From the NCBI RefSeq assembly GCF_009914755.1, contig NC_060929.1: 64,000 nt of DNA; one strand, given 5' to 3'. The notes under the pieces are model-generated. The model made no database searches. It saw nothing but the letters and a program-made list of their open reading frames with translations, and was not told where the DNA came from. Position 1 is the stretch's first letter. Each line of letters begins with the position of its first letter. The position numbers were made by a program, and so were the translations under genes. This document shows, piece by piece, positions 15,156 through 31,079 of the stretch. The stretch is from the human T2T-CHM13v2.0 reference genome, Homo sapiens.

Positions 15156-15770
15156 AAAGTGCCTTTTACTAAGGCATCATTCTCTGGACTCCATTCTTCA
15201 TAGTAGAGATCTATGATTTAAAATTGCAGCCCAGCAAAAGCGATGTCATATTTTTAAAAGAATTTCTAGAACAAGTACAAATCAACAAGTGTGGACCAAT
15301 CACAATGCAAGGGACTGAAAGAACTGGAGATTAGCCAATTATCTTTGAAAACTGGGGGAAGTATAAGCTCCTGACAACACAACCTGTTAAGTCTGATTCA
15401 TTATTCAGCTAACCTAGTTTAACACCTCCCCTAGGTCAGGCCCCTTGCAAAGTGTCAAAGATAAGAAGATGCATTTGATGCCAATGTCACCACCCCCCAG
15501 GTGATCAGTCTATGACAAAGGCAAAGGAAGGAGAACAATAATTCAATTTAAGGTGATACTTAGAAACCACAGCAGACCCAAAGGAAAGAGCCATGCCTGG
15601 GAACGAGGGGGATCTTGTAGAGGCTTCACAGAGGAGCTGATGTCTGATCCAGACTTTCACGTGCAGTGGAGTCACAAGGGGGAATTGGAACATAGGGTTG
15701 TTCCTGTGTGTGAGGAAGGCTCAGAAGTGTGAAAGGGCCAGGGAGTTTGTGAACATTGGTCATTTATCCC

Positions 15771-15932
15771 CAGGCTATTCAGTGTGGGATCTGGGATCAG
15801 CAGCATCCCATCCCTAGAAGCTGTTAGAGACACAAAATCCCGGCTCCACCCTAGGCCTGTCTAATGAGAATCGGTATTTAAATATAACTTCTCCAAGTGA
15901 CTTGGATGCAAATTGAGGTTTGAGATGTGCTG
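15771..15932. mobile_element. MER5A hAT-Charlie element, within an L2 fragment (~15400-15770)
   Basis: GGATCAGCAGCATC..CTGTTAGAGACACAAAATCCCGGCTCCACC..AGGTTTGAGATGTGCTG. Confidence 0.7.
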
Positions 15933-16604
15933 TTGTTGAGCCATTGCATAATTCCAGTGTCGAGTGCATGCAGTAAGTGATGGAACGGAGGACAAGTTTC
16001 TTGCACATCTCGGGGGAGGGAGCGGGTAGGTAGGGTGGGGGTGATGCTGACTTCAGACTTTATCCCCAGAGCAATAATGACCTGTCACAAAATCCTAGTG
16101 CAAGCTTAGTAAGCAGTTTGTACACCTGGTCCTTGCAAACCATCGGTCCGTATATCAACCTGTTTGTGGTTTCCAGAAATGAGTATGCTGATTGCTAGAA
16201 ATTTCCAGGCTACCAAGAGTAAATGCTGCCAATGTTAGTAGCAAGCAATATTTCAGACTTTGTGATACTAGAAACTAGATCGAGAGTAACAATGACCCTC
16301 TGGAACTCTCCTTTTTTACTGAGCTCAACCCTGAAGTTCAGTCGGAGCTACCTAAACCAAAGTTGGAATTCTCTACCTAGTCTGGTTTTTCCTGGTCGAA
16401 TTAGAAAATGAGCCTTCAGTGCGATCTTCTCAGTAAGGAGTGTTATTTTGTATTTTGGGGATCTCTCATGTCTGAGAAACATTTTGATGAATAGCTGTTG
16501 AGGAAAGCTTGTACTTTTTGTTCATCTCTGGCACAGTGATTTATTCTTAGGTTCCCAAATTGCATAGTACACCTGGATCTTTGTATCCAGAAATATGTTC
16601 AAGA

Positions 16605-17180
16605 CTGAGCTGGGGCTTTAGACTCAGACAGCCCTGGGCTTAAAATCAGGCTTCTTGATTTATTGGACACTGATATGGTTTGGCTCTGTGTCCCCACCCA
16701 AATCTCATCTTGTAGCTCCCATGATTCCCAGGTGTTGTGGGAGGGACTTGGCAGGAAATCATTGAATCATGGGGGTGGGTCTTTCCCATGCTGTTCTTAT
16801 GATAGTGAATGAGTCTCACAAGATCTGATGGTTATATCAGAGGGAGTTTCCCTGCACAGGCTCTCTCTCTTTGTCTGCTGTCATCCATGAAAGATGTGAC
16901 TTGCTCCTCCTTGCCTTCTGCCATGATCATGAGGCCTCCCCAGCCACGTGGAACTGTGAGTCTGTTAACCCTATTCTTCTTCCCAGTCTCGGGTGTGTCT
17001 TTATTAGCAGTGTGAAAACAGACTAATACAGACATATACAAAACTCAAGTTTCTCATTTGAGAAAATGGAGATAAAATGCTTCTCTTGCAAGTTATTGCA
17101 AGGATTTGAATATAATACATGTAAGGGCTACTAGATTACTGCCAGACACATGGAAAATGCTCAATGAACATTATTCTTAA
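16605..17180 (+). mobile_element. MIR split by a THE1 insertion
   Basis: GGCTTTAGACTCAGACAGCCCTGGG before the LTR; CTCAAGTTTCTCATTTGAGAAAATGGAGATAA..AATGCTCAATGAACATTA after it. Confidence 0.7.
16671..17030 (+). mobile_element. THE1 (B/C) solo LTR
   Basis: TGATATGGTTTGGCT...GACTAATACA; TSD GACAC/GACAT. Confidence 0.95.
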
Positions 17181-17489
17181 TAAGTTACAAATTTAAGTTT
17201 GTTGAAGTACTTTAGGTCAGCAGGTAGAAGGATCTGGAAGCTGGGGCCGAGGGAACACAGACAATGCTGGGTTGCTGAGTTCTATTGTTCTTGCTTCCTT
17301 GGCCAGCTCTGTGCTGCTTGTTCTTTTCACCCAGCTGTAGACTGTAGAAAGGTCTTTTCCGTAATTGAGGCAGGGGCAGTTATCCTAGGATATTTAGAAA
17401 AAGGCTTATTTTTCCTTGGATTGCATTTCACAATGTCTTAAGGAACCTCTGTGCATGTGCTTGTCTGGAGTGGTAAAGATTGTTGTATT

Positions 17490-18273
<784 letters not shown>

Positions 18274-18916
18274 AGAGCCTTGGGAGTTGGTCTGCTTTCT
18301 TCGCATCCTTTGCCTTCCTCACCTGCATCACCAGGGTAAGAGGAGCCCGTGTAGCTTAAGGACATGCTGCAGCATCTCACATACTAGAGCTGGGTCAGCC
18401 CAGCCACTATTGTGAATAGTCCCACGCTGGGATTTACTGAGTTTCTTGTGGCCTGAGCTTGCTAATACACCCCCAGAGTGAAGACAATCAAGGCAAGTCT
18501 CCAAAGAATTGCTACACTCTCCAGGTATTTTATATCCAGAAATCCATTATCTGTTTCTTTAGGTTCCTGGTCAGTGAACCAAATGTTAGACTTTTAGGGA
18601 CTCCTGGAGTTGACCTAGTCCCACCTAAACCTTTCCATGAGACTGAGACTTGAAAGGGATGAATGCTTACCCTACAGTTGGGTACATTTGTGTAGAGAAC
18701 CCAAACAAGATGGAGTCCTGCACACCCAATTCCTTCTTCCAGACTCTACAACCAATTAATTCACTTCTTCTCTTCCCCTGGTATGAACACAGGAGGCAGT
18801 AGAGACAGGTAGGAAGTTCTTGGTGCATGGAAATTCCTCCACAGGGAAACCAAGAGGAATGGGGAAGATGGAAGTATCCCTCATAACAGTTATGACTGCC
18901 ATTTTTTTTTTTTTTT

Positions 18917-19339
18917 GGTGGCAGTGATTAATATTATGTGTCAACTTGACCAGGTCATAGAGTGCTCAGACATTGGGTTAAATATGATGTCGGGGTGTGT
19001 CTGAGTGTATTTCTGGATGACAGGAACATTTGAATCAGTAGACTAAGTAAGGCAGATTGTCTCTCCCAGTGTGGGCGAGTCTCATCCAATCTGTGGAAAG
19101 CCTGAATGGAATAAAAGGCTGAATGAAAAAGAATTCTTTCTGTCTGCCTGACTGTCTTTGATCTGGGACATCAGTCTTCTGTCTTTGAAGTTGGCCTTGA
19201 ACTGGAATTTACGCCATCAGCTTGGATGGATCTCCTCTAGTTTTCTGACTGCAGACCTTGGGACTTTTCAGCCTTCATGTTATAATACATTTTATATTAT
19301 AGATACATAACATAGTATATGGTAACTTAACATAAAACC

Positions 19340-19387
<48 letters not shown>

Positions 19388-19421
19388 TATTGGTTCTATT
19401 TCTCTGCAAAACCCCAATACA
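18917..19421 (+). mobile_element. MLT2 (ERVL) solo LTR containing (TG)n at 19342-19385
   Basis: TTAATATTATGTGTCAACTTGAC..CTCATCCAATCTGTGGAAAGCCTGAAT..TCCTATTGGTTCTATTTCTCTG..AATACA. Confidence 0.85.
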
Positions 19422-20077
19422 TTAGTAAATGTGATGTGATCTCTGGCATATTTTAGGATTCAGTGAGACTTTAAAAGAACATAATGCCCAACACATGAAT
19501 TTGAGAAGTTTAGCAGTGAAAACACTTGGTATTTTATGGCTTCCAAGAAATCTCAGGGACATTCTAACCCATCCTTGATCTGGTGATCTCTTTCCACTCC
19601 TCCCTCTGCTATTATGTGCTTAAGTGTGGAAAAATTAACAAAAGGATAACTTCTTATGTATTTTTCCAATGTTTTCTGTTTGTTACAAAACTGAGAAAAT
19701 TAAACCTCTTGGGAAATGGCCAGGATATGTAACTCTCCAAGGGTACCCCACACACACAGCCAACTTGAGCAATTTCCAAGGGTCCCAGATTTCAGAGCTA
19801 ATGCACCTGTTCAACTCACAGAGTAAGAACGTTATGCCTTACACTCAATTTCTAAAACATAGAAGCTTGCAGTGGTTGGCATGACCAAGAATTTGTCGAT
19901 ATTTGAAAAGTAAAAATTTATAGTCCATGAAACCTGCTCTTCCTTACACCAAAACCCAAACCCCACATGATGTGAGAACTAACTGAGCCTTTCAGGTGAT
20001 ACTGAGTAAGATGAGATTTGGATTGCTCTAGACTCAGTGGGTTGCCATGGAGCAAACTAGGCTAACCTTTGTACTCT

Positions 20078-20119
20078 TAGATAGGAGACAGACCTAGATA
20101 GGAGACAGACCTAGATAGG
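20078..20119. repeat. 17-bp tandem duplication (TAGATAGGAGACAGACC) x~2.5
   Basis: Direct reading, perfect copies. Confidence 0.9.
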
Positions 20120-21576
20120 CCAACGGGGAAGCAGGGTAGGTGGGAAGAGGGGAGAAGGAATCCATATTAGAGCCTTCATCTGGTGCTTGTCTCACATTCC
20201 TAGTCTCCTAAAATTCTTACATCCCACAACAACAATTTGCCTACCTGTTCAATTCATTTCATGATCTTAATTTAAAATGAACTGTTGGATCTCTCTTTCA
20301 TAAATTAAGTGCAAAACTCTACTTTCTGCCTTTCTTCTTGTGACCAGAGTACCAGTTGACTCATCTCAGTTATAATTTGTTTAACAGGTTTCATTTGCTT
20401 TTCCCCCTTAATACATGAATCCTTTTATGTGTTTAACAGTTATTTGTTTCAGAGGGTCTGCATTGCATAATGCCATGAGCAGCCAAGGTTTTCACGTAAT
20501 GATTTTTTATGAACCATGCAAAGACAGCTCAAGTTATGTAAATCTCAGTGAACTCTCTAGCGACAAGAGTCCCAATCCTTAGGCTTCATCATGGAGCTGC
20601 TTCTCTCTCAATGTATTTGAATTATTGGTCTAGCCAACCTCTTCTTTTCCCCTTGCTGCAGTATTTTAGGAGGAAGGAACAGGCTAAATCCTAGCTAGAC
20701 GTGCGCATGCATTCTGGTATTTAAGAGCCAATAAAATATAGCCAGGAATCACCTTGTCTCCTGTACCATACTTGGATTTGTAGTTCAGATCTTCAATGTA
20801 GTGCTTAAAAGAAACACACACTGGGGTTTTCATGGTGAAGTCCAAGGCAAGGGCATAGAAAGACCACTTGACCCTGGATGGAACAACATGTGGAAACCCT
20901 CCTTGCCCTCCTTTTTATCTTCTTTACTTTTTTTACTATGGCCAGGGTTGGAAATGTGGGTGGATGATGGGTTTTACTTCTTTGAAATGTTAAGTGTGGA
21001 ACTTTGAACCATGCTCGGTCTTCCCTGGATTTAGCAAGAATTGAAGGCTGTGCTCAGAGAGGTTAAAGGAAGCATCTGCTTCTCTCAATACAAGGTTGAT
21101 GGAGATGATTAGTGTGGTCAAGGAAGAGGAGATTGTTTCTGCCGTGCAGCTAATGGAAAGTGCTTTGGGAACATTGGAAAAAAGCATCTCTTGCTAGAAG
21201 ACCTTGATCATCTGTCTCTTGGCTGTAGAGGTGGCTCCTTGGGGTTCATGTGAGGCCATGTCAAACAGAAACAGGGAGAAATTGTGTCCAAATTCGTGCT
21301 TAGATGTGTGTCTGACTCAGTGTTTTCCTCCTTTATAAAGCCAAGATAAATGATTTTTGAATTAAACATTGTTTTGGCACTTCGTACTTTCATTCATTAA
21401 GAGGGATGATGAACCTGTCAGGCCATAATAGCTAGCCTGGAATTTTCCTTGCCAAGTCTGTCCTCCTTGAATAGTTTGCTATTTATGCTGATGATTTGGA
21501 GCAAGGAGGTAGAAAATAGTCATATTATTTGTCCCTACAAGGGAAAATACAGCAGCAATGTTAAAATGATAATGAC

Positions 21577-21907
<331 letters not shown>

Positions 21908-22607
21908 TCAAAGGTGGAACGTGGGTGGTGGGGGGACAGAGAGAGAGAGAGAGAAGGGGTACTTATTCATCACTTTTGCCCATTTGAAGAATGCTTTATT
22001 TCTAGGGGAACACTCCTTCAGTCTCAAGATGCCTTCAGTTTGACTTTTGCTTTTAGGGAACTGGATTTTAGTACATTATGGGTGTATGAGATGATTGGAG
22101 CCTTAATGAATCATTACATGCTATCATTGAGGCGCTCCTCACTGTATGGTTTTCAGATACAGAGAACCTAGTGTATGCATGAGAAAGTAAATCTCCTCCC
22201 TTCCTTTGCTGGAAGGAGGAGAGCAGTTGCCACCCACCAGTGCCCTGGTTGGTCATAGTGCCTTCCCCTTTAGATGGACTCAGGACAATGGCAGAGCAAA
22301 AGACAGTGGAAGCCCACAAGCTCCCTGCAGATCTGCAGCACCCCTGGGACTTTATATTCACCTTGTCCCCTTCCTTGCTTGTATGTTGACTGACCCTGAT
22401 ATTTAGCAATTTTCATGGGCTAAATGATATACAAGGCTAATATGGGCCAGGCAGTTTTAACCACAATCTGGACACATTTCCTTATGTGGAAGTGGATTTT
22501 GGAAAATCATTTTCTGTTTTTGTTGTTCCCTTCTCATTAAGCCAACATGTATATTCATAATTACACCCTTTATGTCAATTGACACACTTTCCTACCTTGA
22601 TATGGAC

Positions 22608-23083
22608 TGTGAAAGGAAAATAAATCTTGGGACCCCCAAATCGCTAAGCTAAAGGGAAAGGTCAAGCTGGGAACTGCTTAGGGCCAACCTGCCTCCCATT
22701 CTACTCAAAGTCACCCCTCTGCTCACTGAGATAGATGCATATCTGGTTGCCTCCTTTGGAAAGGCTAATCAGAAACTCAAAAGAATGTGCCTGTTCTTCT
22801 CTCACTTATCTGTGACCTGGAAGCCTCTTCCCTGCTTGGAGTTTTCCTGACTTTGCTTCAAGCTGCCCTGCCTTTCCAAACCCAACCAACAAATGTACTT
22901 CTTACGTTTCTTGATTGATATTTCCTGTCTTCGTAAAATGTGTAAAACTGAGCTGTGCCCCAACTACCGTGGGCACATGTCATCAGGACTTCCTGAGGCT
23001 GAGTCACGGGCACATGTCCTCAACCTAGGCAAAATAAACTTTCTGAATTAACTGAGACCTGTCTCAAATTTTCTGGGTTTACA
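22608..23083 (+). mobile_element. MER4A-like ERV1 solo LTR
   Basis: TGTGAAAGGAAAATAAATCTTGGGACCCC...GGGTTTACA; AATAAA near the 3' end; 4-bp TSD GGAC at 22604-22607 and 23084-23087. Confidence 0.9.
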
Positions 23084-23654
23084 GGACCTGCATGATATGA
23101 AAGCTATTTCATGATTTCTCAGATTGTTTCTGAAAAGTATCATTGTAACTCTTCATCCTCTTTGCAATAGGCTTATTTGGTTCAGTTCTATATGAAGGTT
23201 TTCAGGTTGAAAGTTCTGCCAGTAACAAAATGACTTGGCTGTGTTGTTCACTTGAAAACGACAATGTTGTTGCCTAGCCTTCCTGTCGAAGATTGAATTT
23301 TGGCTTGTTGAGAGCTTGCTCTCTGTTCTAACAATCATGTGCGGCCAGTTGCTTCATTTGTGTTTCTAAAGAAACTCTTGGAGTCATTGAGGTTTAATGT
23401 GGGTGGGTAGAGTTGGAGGAGGGGACTATGTTTGAAACCACAATTAACCCACCAACATGGTTAAGCCACCAACCTCTCTGATTCTCAGTCTCTTTGCTTG
23501 TAAAGTGGGGATAATAGTATATGTTTCACATCCCATGCAAATTGAATATATTAGTTTGGCACACTATAAAGAACATATAAAGAATAAAAATTATAATAAT
23601 AGTTAATACATAATAAGTAACTACTTCCTTTCTGGAATTATTCTAGTTTCCAGT

Positions 23655-23820
23655 ATGATCCTGACAATATCCTAATGAGGTAGCTTTGTTATTTCCCCAT
23701 TTTACAGATGAGGAAACTGAGGCAAAGAGGTTAAGGATCTTGCTTGGGGTTCTAACCTTAGGGTTATATTGCTAGTAAGTGGTCAACTTATGAATTGAAC
23801 CCAGACAGTCTGGCTCCACA
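23655..23820 (-). mobile_element. MIR
   Basis: CCCCATTTTACAGATGAGGAAACTGAGGCAAAGAGGTTAAG core. Confidence 0.85.
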
Positions 23821-25114
23821 GTGAAGAACTTGAAAGAATGCCAGGAAATAATTTTCACCAAGTTGAGCTGGAACCAGGCTTGAAAACTGTCTCACATACT
23901 GCCTCTATGGCTACAGCAGGGGCTGAATAGATACTCCTACGTTAATGGAAATTAGACATTCTCTTTGGCTGATCTTATTCCCCAAATTGTTTACAGCTGT
24001 TTTGGAGCTTTGGAATTGCTGGAAATGTTTAAACACTACACTGTTGATTTAGCTTATTTTGTTGTTTTGCAATCCCCTAAATTCTCGATGTTAATGTTAA
24101 CGGTGTGTTACCATGTGATATTAATGGAGGACTGTCACTCTCACAGGTTGAGACCTTATGTTCTGGACTATATGAGTCTCGGAGATTTAGAATGTGTTAT
24201 GGTGACAGTCGCGTGGGGAGTATATGACCAAGGGATACTCCAGAAGAAACAGAAACCTGGAGTGGCCTGGTTGATTCTAGAATGTATTGAAGGTTCAGAT
24301 CACTTTTTGAAGAAGTAGACTGGCCAGAGATAATGTGTCCTCACTATGTGTTGGCCCAAATCACAGGAAAACCGCTAATTTAGTCTGGTCTTCAAGTATT
24401 AAATGGCATCAGCTAAAGTTCTCTGATTACCATTTCTGGTAAGCCTAGGGACTGTGGAACTCTTATATTAGATTTGGTTAACTTTAGGAAGAAAGCAAGA
24501 CTGCAATATGAAGAAAATAATTCCAATGTATCTGTGTAACCTTATAATGACAAGAATGGTGTCAGTCATTAACATTTATTTAGCACTTGTAAAGAAATAT
24601 CATTAATAAGTGCATTTGATCCTCACAAATTCTTATGGTTTAAATCGGATAAGCCTAATAGTTATTCACATTTCTAATGTGGTAAGTAAGACACAGAAAA
24701 ATCAAGGCAATGAGTGTTCTGCTGTGGACTTAAGCACAAGCTGCAGACACCAAGTCCAGTGCTCTTCTCGCCATTCCATGTAGCATCTCTTATTTCTTAT
24801 TCTCACTCAGTACTTCCGAGGCCACTGTCAGAGTTCCATCTGTCTCAAATAGTAGAAATCCAAATAGACCACAGCAATGTCTACAATCCAGGAGACAAAG
24901 AGGTTTGATGGCTAGGGGAGTGGAGTGCTAATCCAGGACTAATAAGGAATGAATGGCCGGGGATTGCGGTGAATGTAGTGAATTAATATAATTTACCCTT
25001 TCATACTTACTTCTTTTCAATATTATGTACTAGTCAACAATTGGAGTCCCAGAAAGAAGAACACTTTTTAATCTAATTTCTTTTGGACCAGTAACAGAGG
25101 AAGAGGAAATAGAG

Positions 25115-25320
25115 GAGCATTAACATTTATTGGAGTATTTTTGCATGTCATGGATGATATATAAAGGTTGTATTTCTTTGTCTTTACTACAACTCAAGTA
25201 GGCAATAGTTTCTCATTTTACAGATAAATAAATTTAGGATGAGAGGCAGAAGTACTTTGCCCAAGCCCATGCAGCTGACAGTGTCTGCACCAGAATTTGA
25301 AACTGGAACATCTGTTACTT
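25115..25320 (-). mobile_element. MIR
   Basis: CTCATTTTACAGATAA..TTGCCCAAGCCCATGCAGCT..AGAATTTGAA. Confidence 0.65.
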
Positions 25321-26278
25321 CTCTTTTCTCACACTGCCTCTGTGAAGCCTGGGGGTGAGAGTAGGTGCCAGTAGGCACTGGAATGCTCCAGGAGAATGCC
25401 CGTGTCTAATGACACCTTATAAACACTTGCCGCCAGCACACATATGTGATAAAAACTTCAATAATGGAAACGTGACATGAGGTGGATAGAATGAATGGAC
25501 ACTTTTTGAATCAAGCCTCTTCATTTTCTCACTACTACCTGCTCTGCATCTAATTTGTCTTGAGTACACATTGAAAATGTGTTTCCACTAATATTGAACT
25601 CATTGAAGAATTGAAGATGAGATGCTAAATTTATTAGTTTCGTGGATCTTATATGGTGTCTTCTTAAACCTTATGCCTCATTTTTAATTTACATGTGAGT
25701 TGGAAGTGACTACACCTGCTTTGTCATTGAAGTCTGCATTTTTAAGTAAAGGTGAAAGGGTGTGTATGAAAACTTCTGAGATACAGAAAATGAAAGAGAC
25801 TGATAGTCGCTTATTAAGGGACACCAAATTCTACCATGAAGGTTTTATTTTTTCCCAGTAGCATAACATGGCTATTTCTACATTTTAAAAAATCTCTGAA
25901 ACATTCCTGTGGTGATCATTTCTTTTGCCTGTCTGAACTAAAGCCCAGTTGAACAGTTCAATATTCACAGTGCCAAGCGGATCAGACCCCATGATGGCTT
26001 CAACCTGGCCAATTGAAGGGGCAGCATTGCTGCAAGATAAAGTCTCTGTTACCAGCTTCCCATGTGTTTGTGCAAAGCTTATTTTTTCATTCAAGCTCTT
26101 TTAGCCACAGTAATTTTCCATGCCTCCCATCCTCTAGCCTTATGCCGTGTTGAAGACCTCAGTTGAACGATGAACTCCAGCTGAAATGATCTTCCTGAGA
26201 AACTATGGAGAAGTGACCACTTGAACTCAGACTCTAAAACTGTTTTATTGTCTCAGACTGTGCTCTTCGGTGTCCTAG

Positions 26279-26726
<448 letters not shown>

Positions 26727-28489
26727 TAATTTGACATTGGAAATCTAATATGCCTTCCTTATTGGTTGCTGAAATAGTATATTACTGGTTCAAGTTATTA
26801 ATGTAGACAAGTCCTGTAGTTACAAAGCCTATGCATACACCTAGAAAAAATAGAAAAGCTAATAAGATTCATGGGCAGTGAGGACAGTAATGCTGTGAGG
26901 TCCGCAGAGAAGGGAACAAAAGAGGCCACCGTCTTGTGGCAGGATAACTCTAAGCTAACTAAACTCATCTCAGTCATCCCATTTGTGTATTAGGCAAGTA
27001 TATTTGTATGGTATGCCATCATAGCTGATGAAAGCAGCAAGATATAACTTGCCCTTTTCACATGACTGATCTGCAAATCTTTAAATCTTTCTTTTCTTTT
27101 TTTTTTTTGTACCTCACTATGTCACCTCAGTGCCCATCTTGTACCTGTCTTTCTGTTTTCACTTGTTCATTGCTCATTCACTTGTCTCTGTCCCCTCACT
27201 CACTTCTGATTATCTCTAATTTCTTTGACTTTGGTAGAAGTAGCTTGTGCATTACTTTGACACCAAATGGCTGGGTAAAAAGTGATAAATCATCCACTTC
27301 AGGTGGTAAGCTTTTCCTACATTATCTAAATGTAGTAATGTTTCTGTGAAGCAGTGCTCGTATTGATAGATAAGTGTTTTTGTTTTTGTGGCTCTTTGAT
27401 CAGATATTTCCCAGTCCTGTAATAGAGCCGCACTAAAAGTCACTTCAGTGCACTGCCTTCGGGCTCATCTTTTCTTCACATTTCTATCATGCTTTCTGGA
27501 GTATAAAGGATTTTAACTGAGCCACAGACCAACATCTCAACCTCCTGCTTCACGCACAATTGTATGAGCTTACAGGGATATCTTAGAGATACTGCAGGTT
27601 TGGTTCCAGACCACCACAATAAAGCAAGCCACATGAAATTTTTGGTTTCCCAGTGCACGTAAAAGTTATGTTTACACTATACTGTAGTCTATTCAGTAGA
27701 CAGCAGCATTATGTCTAAAAACAATGTATAGACCTTAATTTTAAAATACTTTATTGCTAAAAAGTGCTGACGATCATCTGAGGTGTCATTGAGTCACATC
27801 TTTTTGCTGGTAGAGGGTCTGTTTCACTTCATCGTTGATGGCTGCTGACTCATCAGGGTGGTGGTTGCTGAAGCTTGGGGTGGCTGTGGCAATTTCTTAG
27901 AATAAGACAACAGTGAAGTTTACCACATTGGTTGACTCTTCCTTTCAGGAAAGTTTCCCCTGTAGCATGAGATGCTGTTTGATAGCATATTATCCACAGT
28001 AGAACTTCTTTCAAAATTGTAGTCAATCCTCTTGAACCCTGCCATGCTTTATCAACTAAGTTTATGGAATATTTTAAATGTTTTCTTGTCATTTCAACAA
28101 CGTCCACAGACTTTTCACCAGGAGTAAATTCCATGTCAAGAAACCACTTTCTTTGCTCATCCATAAGAAGCAACTCCTCTTCTTTTCAAGTTTGATCATG
28201 AGATTGCAGCAATTCAGTCAAATCTTCATTCTAATTCTAATTCTCTTGCTATTTCCACCACATCTGCAGCAACTTTCTCTAATAAATGCTAGAACCCCTC
28301 AAAGCCATCCATGAGGTTTGGAATCAACTTCTTCCAAACTCCTGTTAATGTTGATATTTTGACCTGCTCCTTGAGTCATGTTCTTAATGGCATCCAGAAT
28401 GATGAATTCTTTCTAGAAAATTTTCAGTTTTACAGATTCATCAGAGAAATCACTCTATGGCAGCTACAGCCTTACAAAACATACTTCTT

Positions 28490-28793
<304 letters not shown>

Positions 28794-29185
28794 AACATAC
28801 TTCTTAATAAGAATTGAAAGTCAAAATTATTTCTTGATTAGTGGGCTATTGGATGGATGTTGTGTTAGCAGGCATGGAAACAACATTAATCTACTTGTGC
28901 ATCTCCATCAGAGCTCTTGGATGACCAGATGCATTGTCAGTGAACGGTAATATTTTCAAAGGAATATTTTTATTGAGTGGTAGGTCTCAACAATGGGGTT
29001 AAAATATTCAGTAAACTATACTAAACAGATGTGCCGTTATTCAGCTTTGTTGTTTCATTTCTAGAGCACAGACAGAGTAAATTTAGCATAATTCATCAGA
29101 GCCCTAAGATTTTCAGAATGGCAGATAGCATTGGCTTCAACTTAAAGCCACCAGCTACATTGGCCTCTATCAAGAGAGTTAGCCT

Positions 29186-29491
29186 TTAAAACTTAGAAGT
29201 TTTGAAGCCAGGCATTGACTTCTCTCTAGCTGTGAAAGTTCTGGATGGCACCTTCTTGTAATAAAAGGCTACTTCATATGCACTGAAAATCTGTAGTTTA
29301 ATATAGCCATCTTCATCATTGGTCTTAGCTAGATCAGCTGGAGAATTTACTGCAGCTTCTACAACAGCATTTGCTGCTTCCTCTTGCACTTTTATCTTAT
29401 AGAAACAGCTTCTTTCCTTAAACTTTATGATCCAACCTCCCTTAGCTTCCAACTTTTCTTCTGCAGCATTCTCACTTCTCTCAATCTTCAT
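29186..29491 (-). pseudogene. Decayed Tigger1 transposase fragment (CENP-B/DDE_1 type, TIGD1-like)
   Basis: [51 protein letters not shown] aligns to Tigger1 transposase; the DET motif has mutated to YEV; a further fragment lies at 27853-28173. Confidence 0.85.
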
Positions 29492-29561
29492 AGAATTAAA
29501 GAGAGTTAGGGCCTTGCTCTGGATTAGGCTTTAGCTTAAGGGAATGTTAAGGCTGGTTTGA

Positions 29562-29963
<402 letters not shown>

Positions 29964-30202
29964 AAGAAATTTTTCTTTTTCATTTACAACTTGGCTAACA
30001 GGAGGCCTAGCTTTTGGCCTGTCTCAGCTTTTGACATATCTTCAAGTGAAAGATGTGTGACTCTTCCCATCACTTGAATACTTAGAAGCCATGATAGGGT
30101 TATTAATTGGCTGGAATTCAATACTGGTGTGTCTTAGGCAATAGAGAGAACTAAGATGGCTGGTCAGTGGAGCAATCAGAACACACACATTTATTGATTA
30201 AG

Positions 30203-30456
30203 ATCTGGTATTTGATAGCCCAACAGGGTGACTGTAGTCAAAAATAATTTAACTGTATATTTAAAAATAACTAAGTAAGCATATTGTTTGCAACACAAAG
30301 GATAAATGCATGAGGTGATAGATACTCCATTTATCCTGATGTGATTATTACACATTGTATGCCTGTTTCAAAGTATCTCATGTGCCCTATAAATGTATAC
30401 ACTTACTATGTACCCACAAAAATTAAAAATTAAAAACAAAAACAAAATCCCAAACC
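30203..30456 (+). mobile_element. L1MA1-3-like 3' end inside Tigger1
   Basis: CAACAGGGTGACT..TACTATGTACCCACAAAAATTAAAAAT; TSD TTTATTGATTAAG/TTTATTGATGAAG. Confidence 0.85.
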
Positions 30457-31079
30457 TTTATTGATGAAGTTCGCCATCTTATGTAAGTACAGTTTGTGGT
30501 GCTGCAAAACAATTACAATAGTAACATCAAAGCTCATTGGTCATTGATCACCATAACAGATAGATAAATTAATAATGAAAAACTTTGAAATATTGTGAGA
30601 ATTATGAAAATATAAGAGAAAAGCACAAAGTGAATTCCTGCTGTTGAAAAAATGGTGCCAGTAGACTTGCTAATGTAGGGTTGCCACAAATCTTCAATTT
30701 GTAAAGAATGCAGTATTTATGAGGCACAATAAAGCAAAGTTACAGTAAAATGAAGTATTCTCTTATTTAGTTTTTGCATGTGGAAGTTTCTACTATTACC
30801 CACAGGAAAGAAACCCCCTAAGACTTCACAGTATATCTGAATTACTGATAGTCTTTATTCAGAGGCTGCTGTCAAAGAACTTGTCTGTGGGCCTGATTTT
30901 CCTGATAGGAATTATGTTTCTGATAGCAAGGCTATCAAAATTTACCAATTATTTATCAAGGTAGCTACTAGTTACCAGTTATCAAATATTTACCAGTTAT
31001 TTCATCCATCTGCTGCAATGTGCTCCAAAACCACTTAAGCTTTTGAGGAGCATGATAAAATTAAAGACAATATGTAAAA

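Noticed and set aside
20691-20713. Run of palindromes CTAGCTAG/TGCGCA/ATGCAT (NRF1-like)
   Set aside because: Isolated, imperfect motif outside any CpG island
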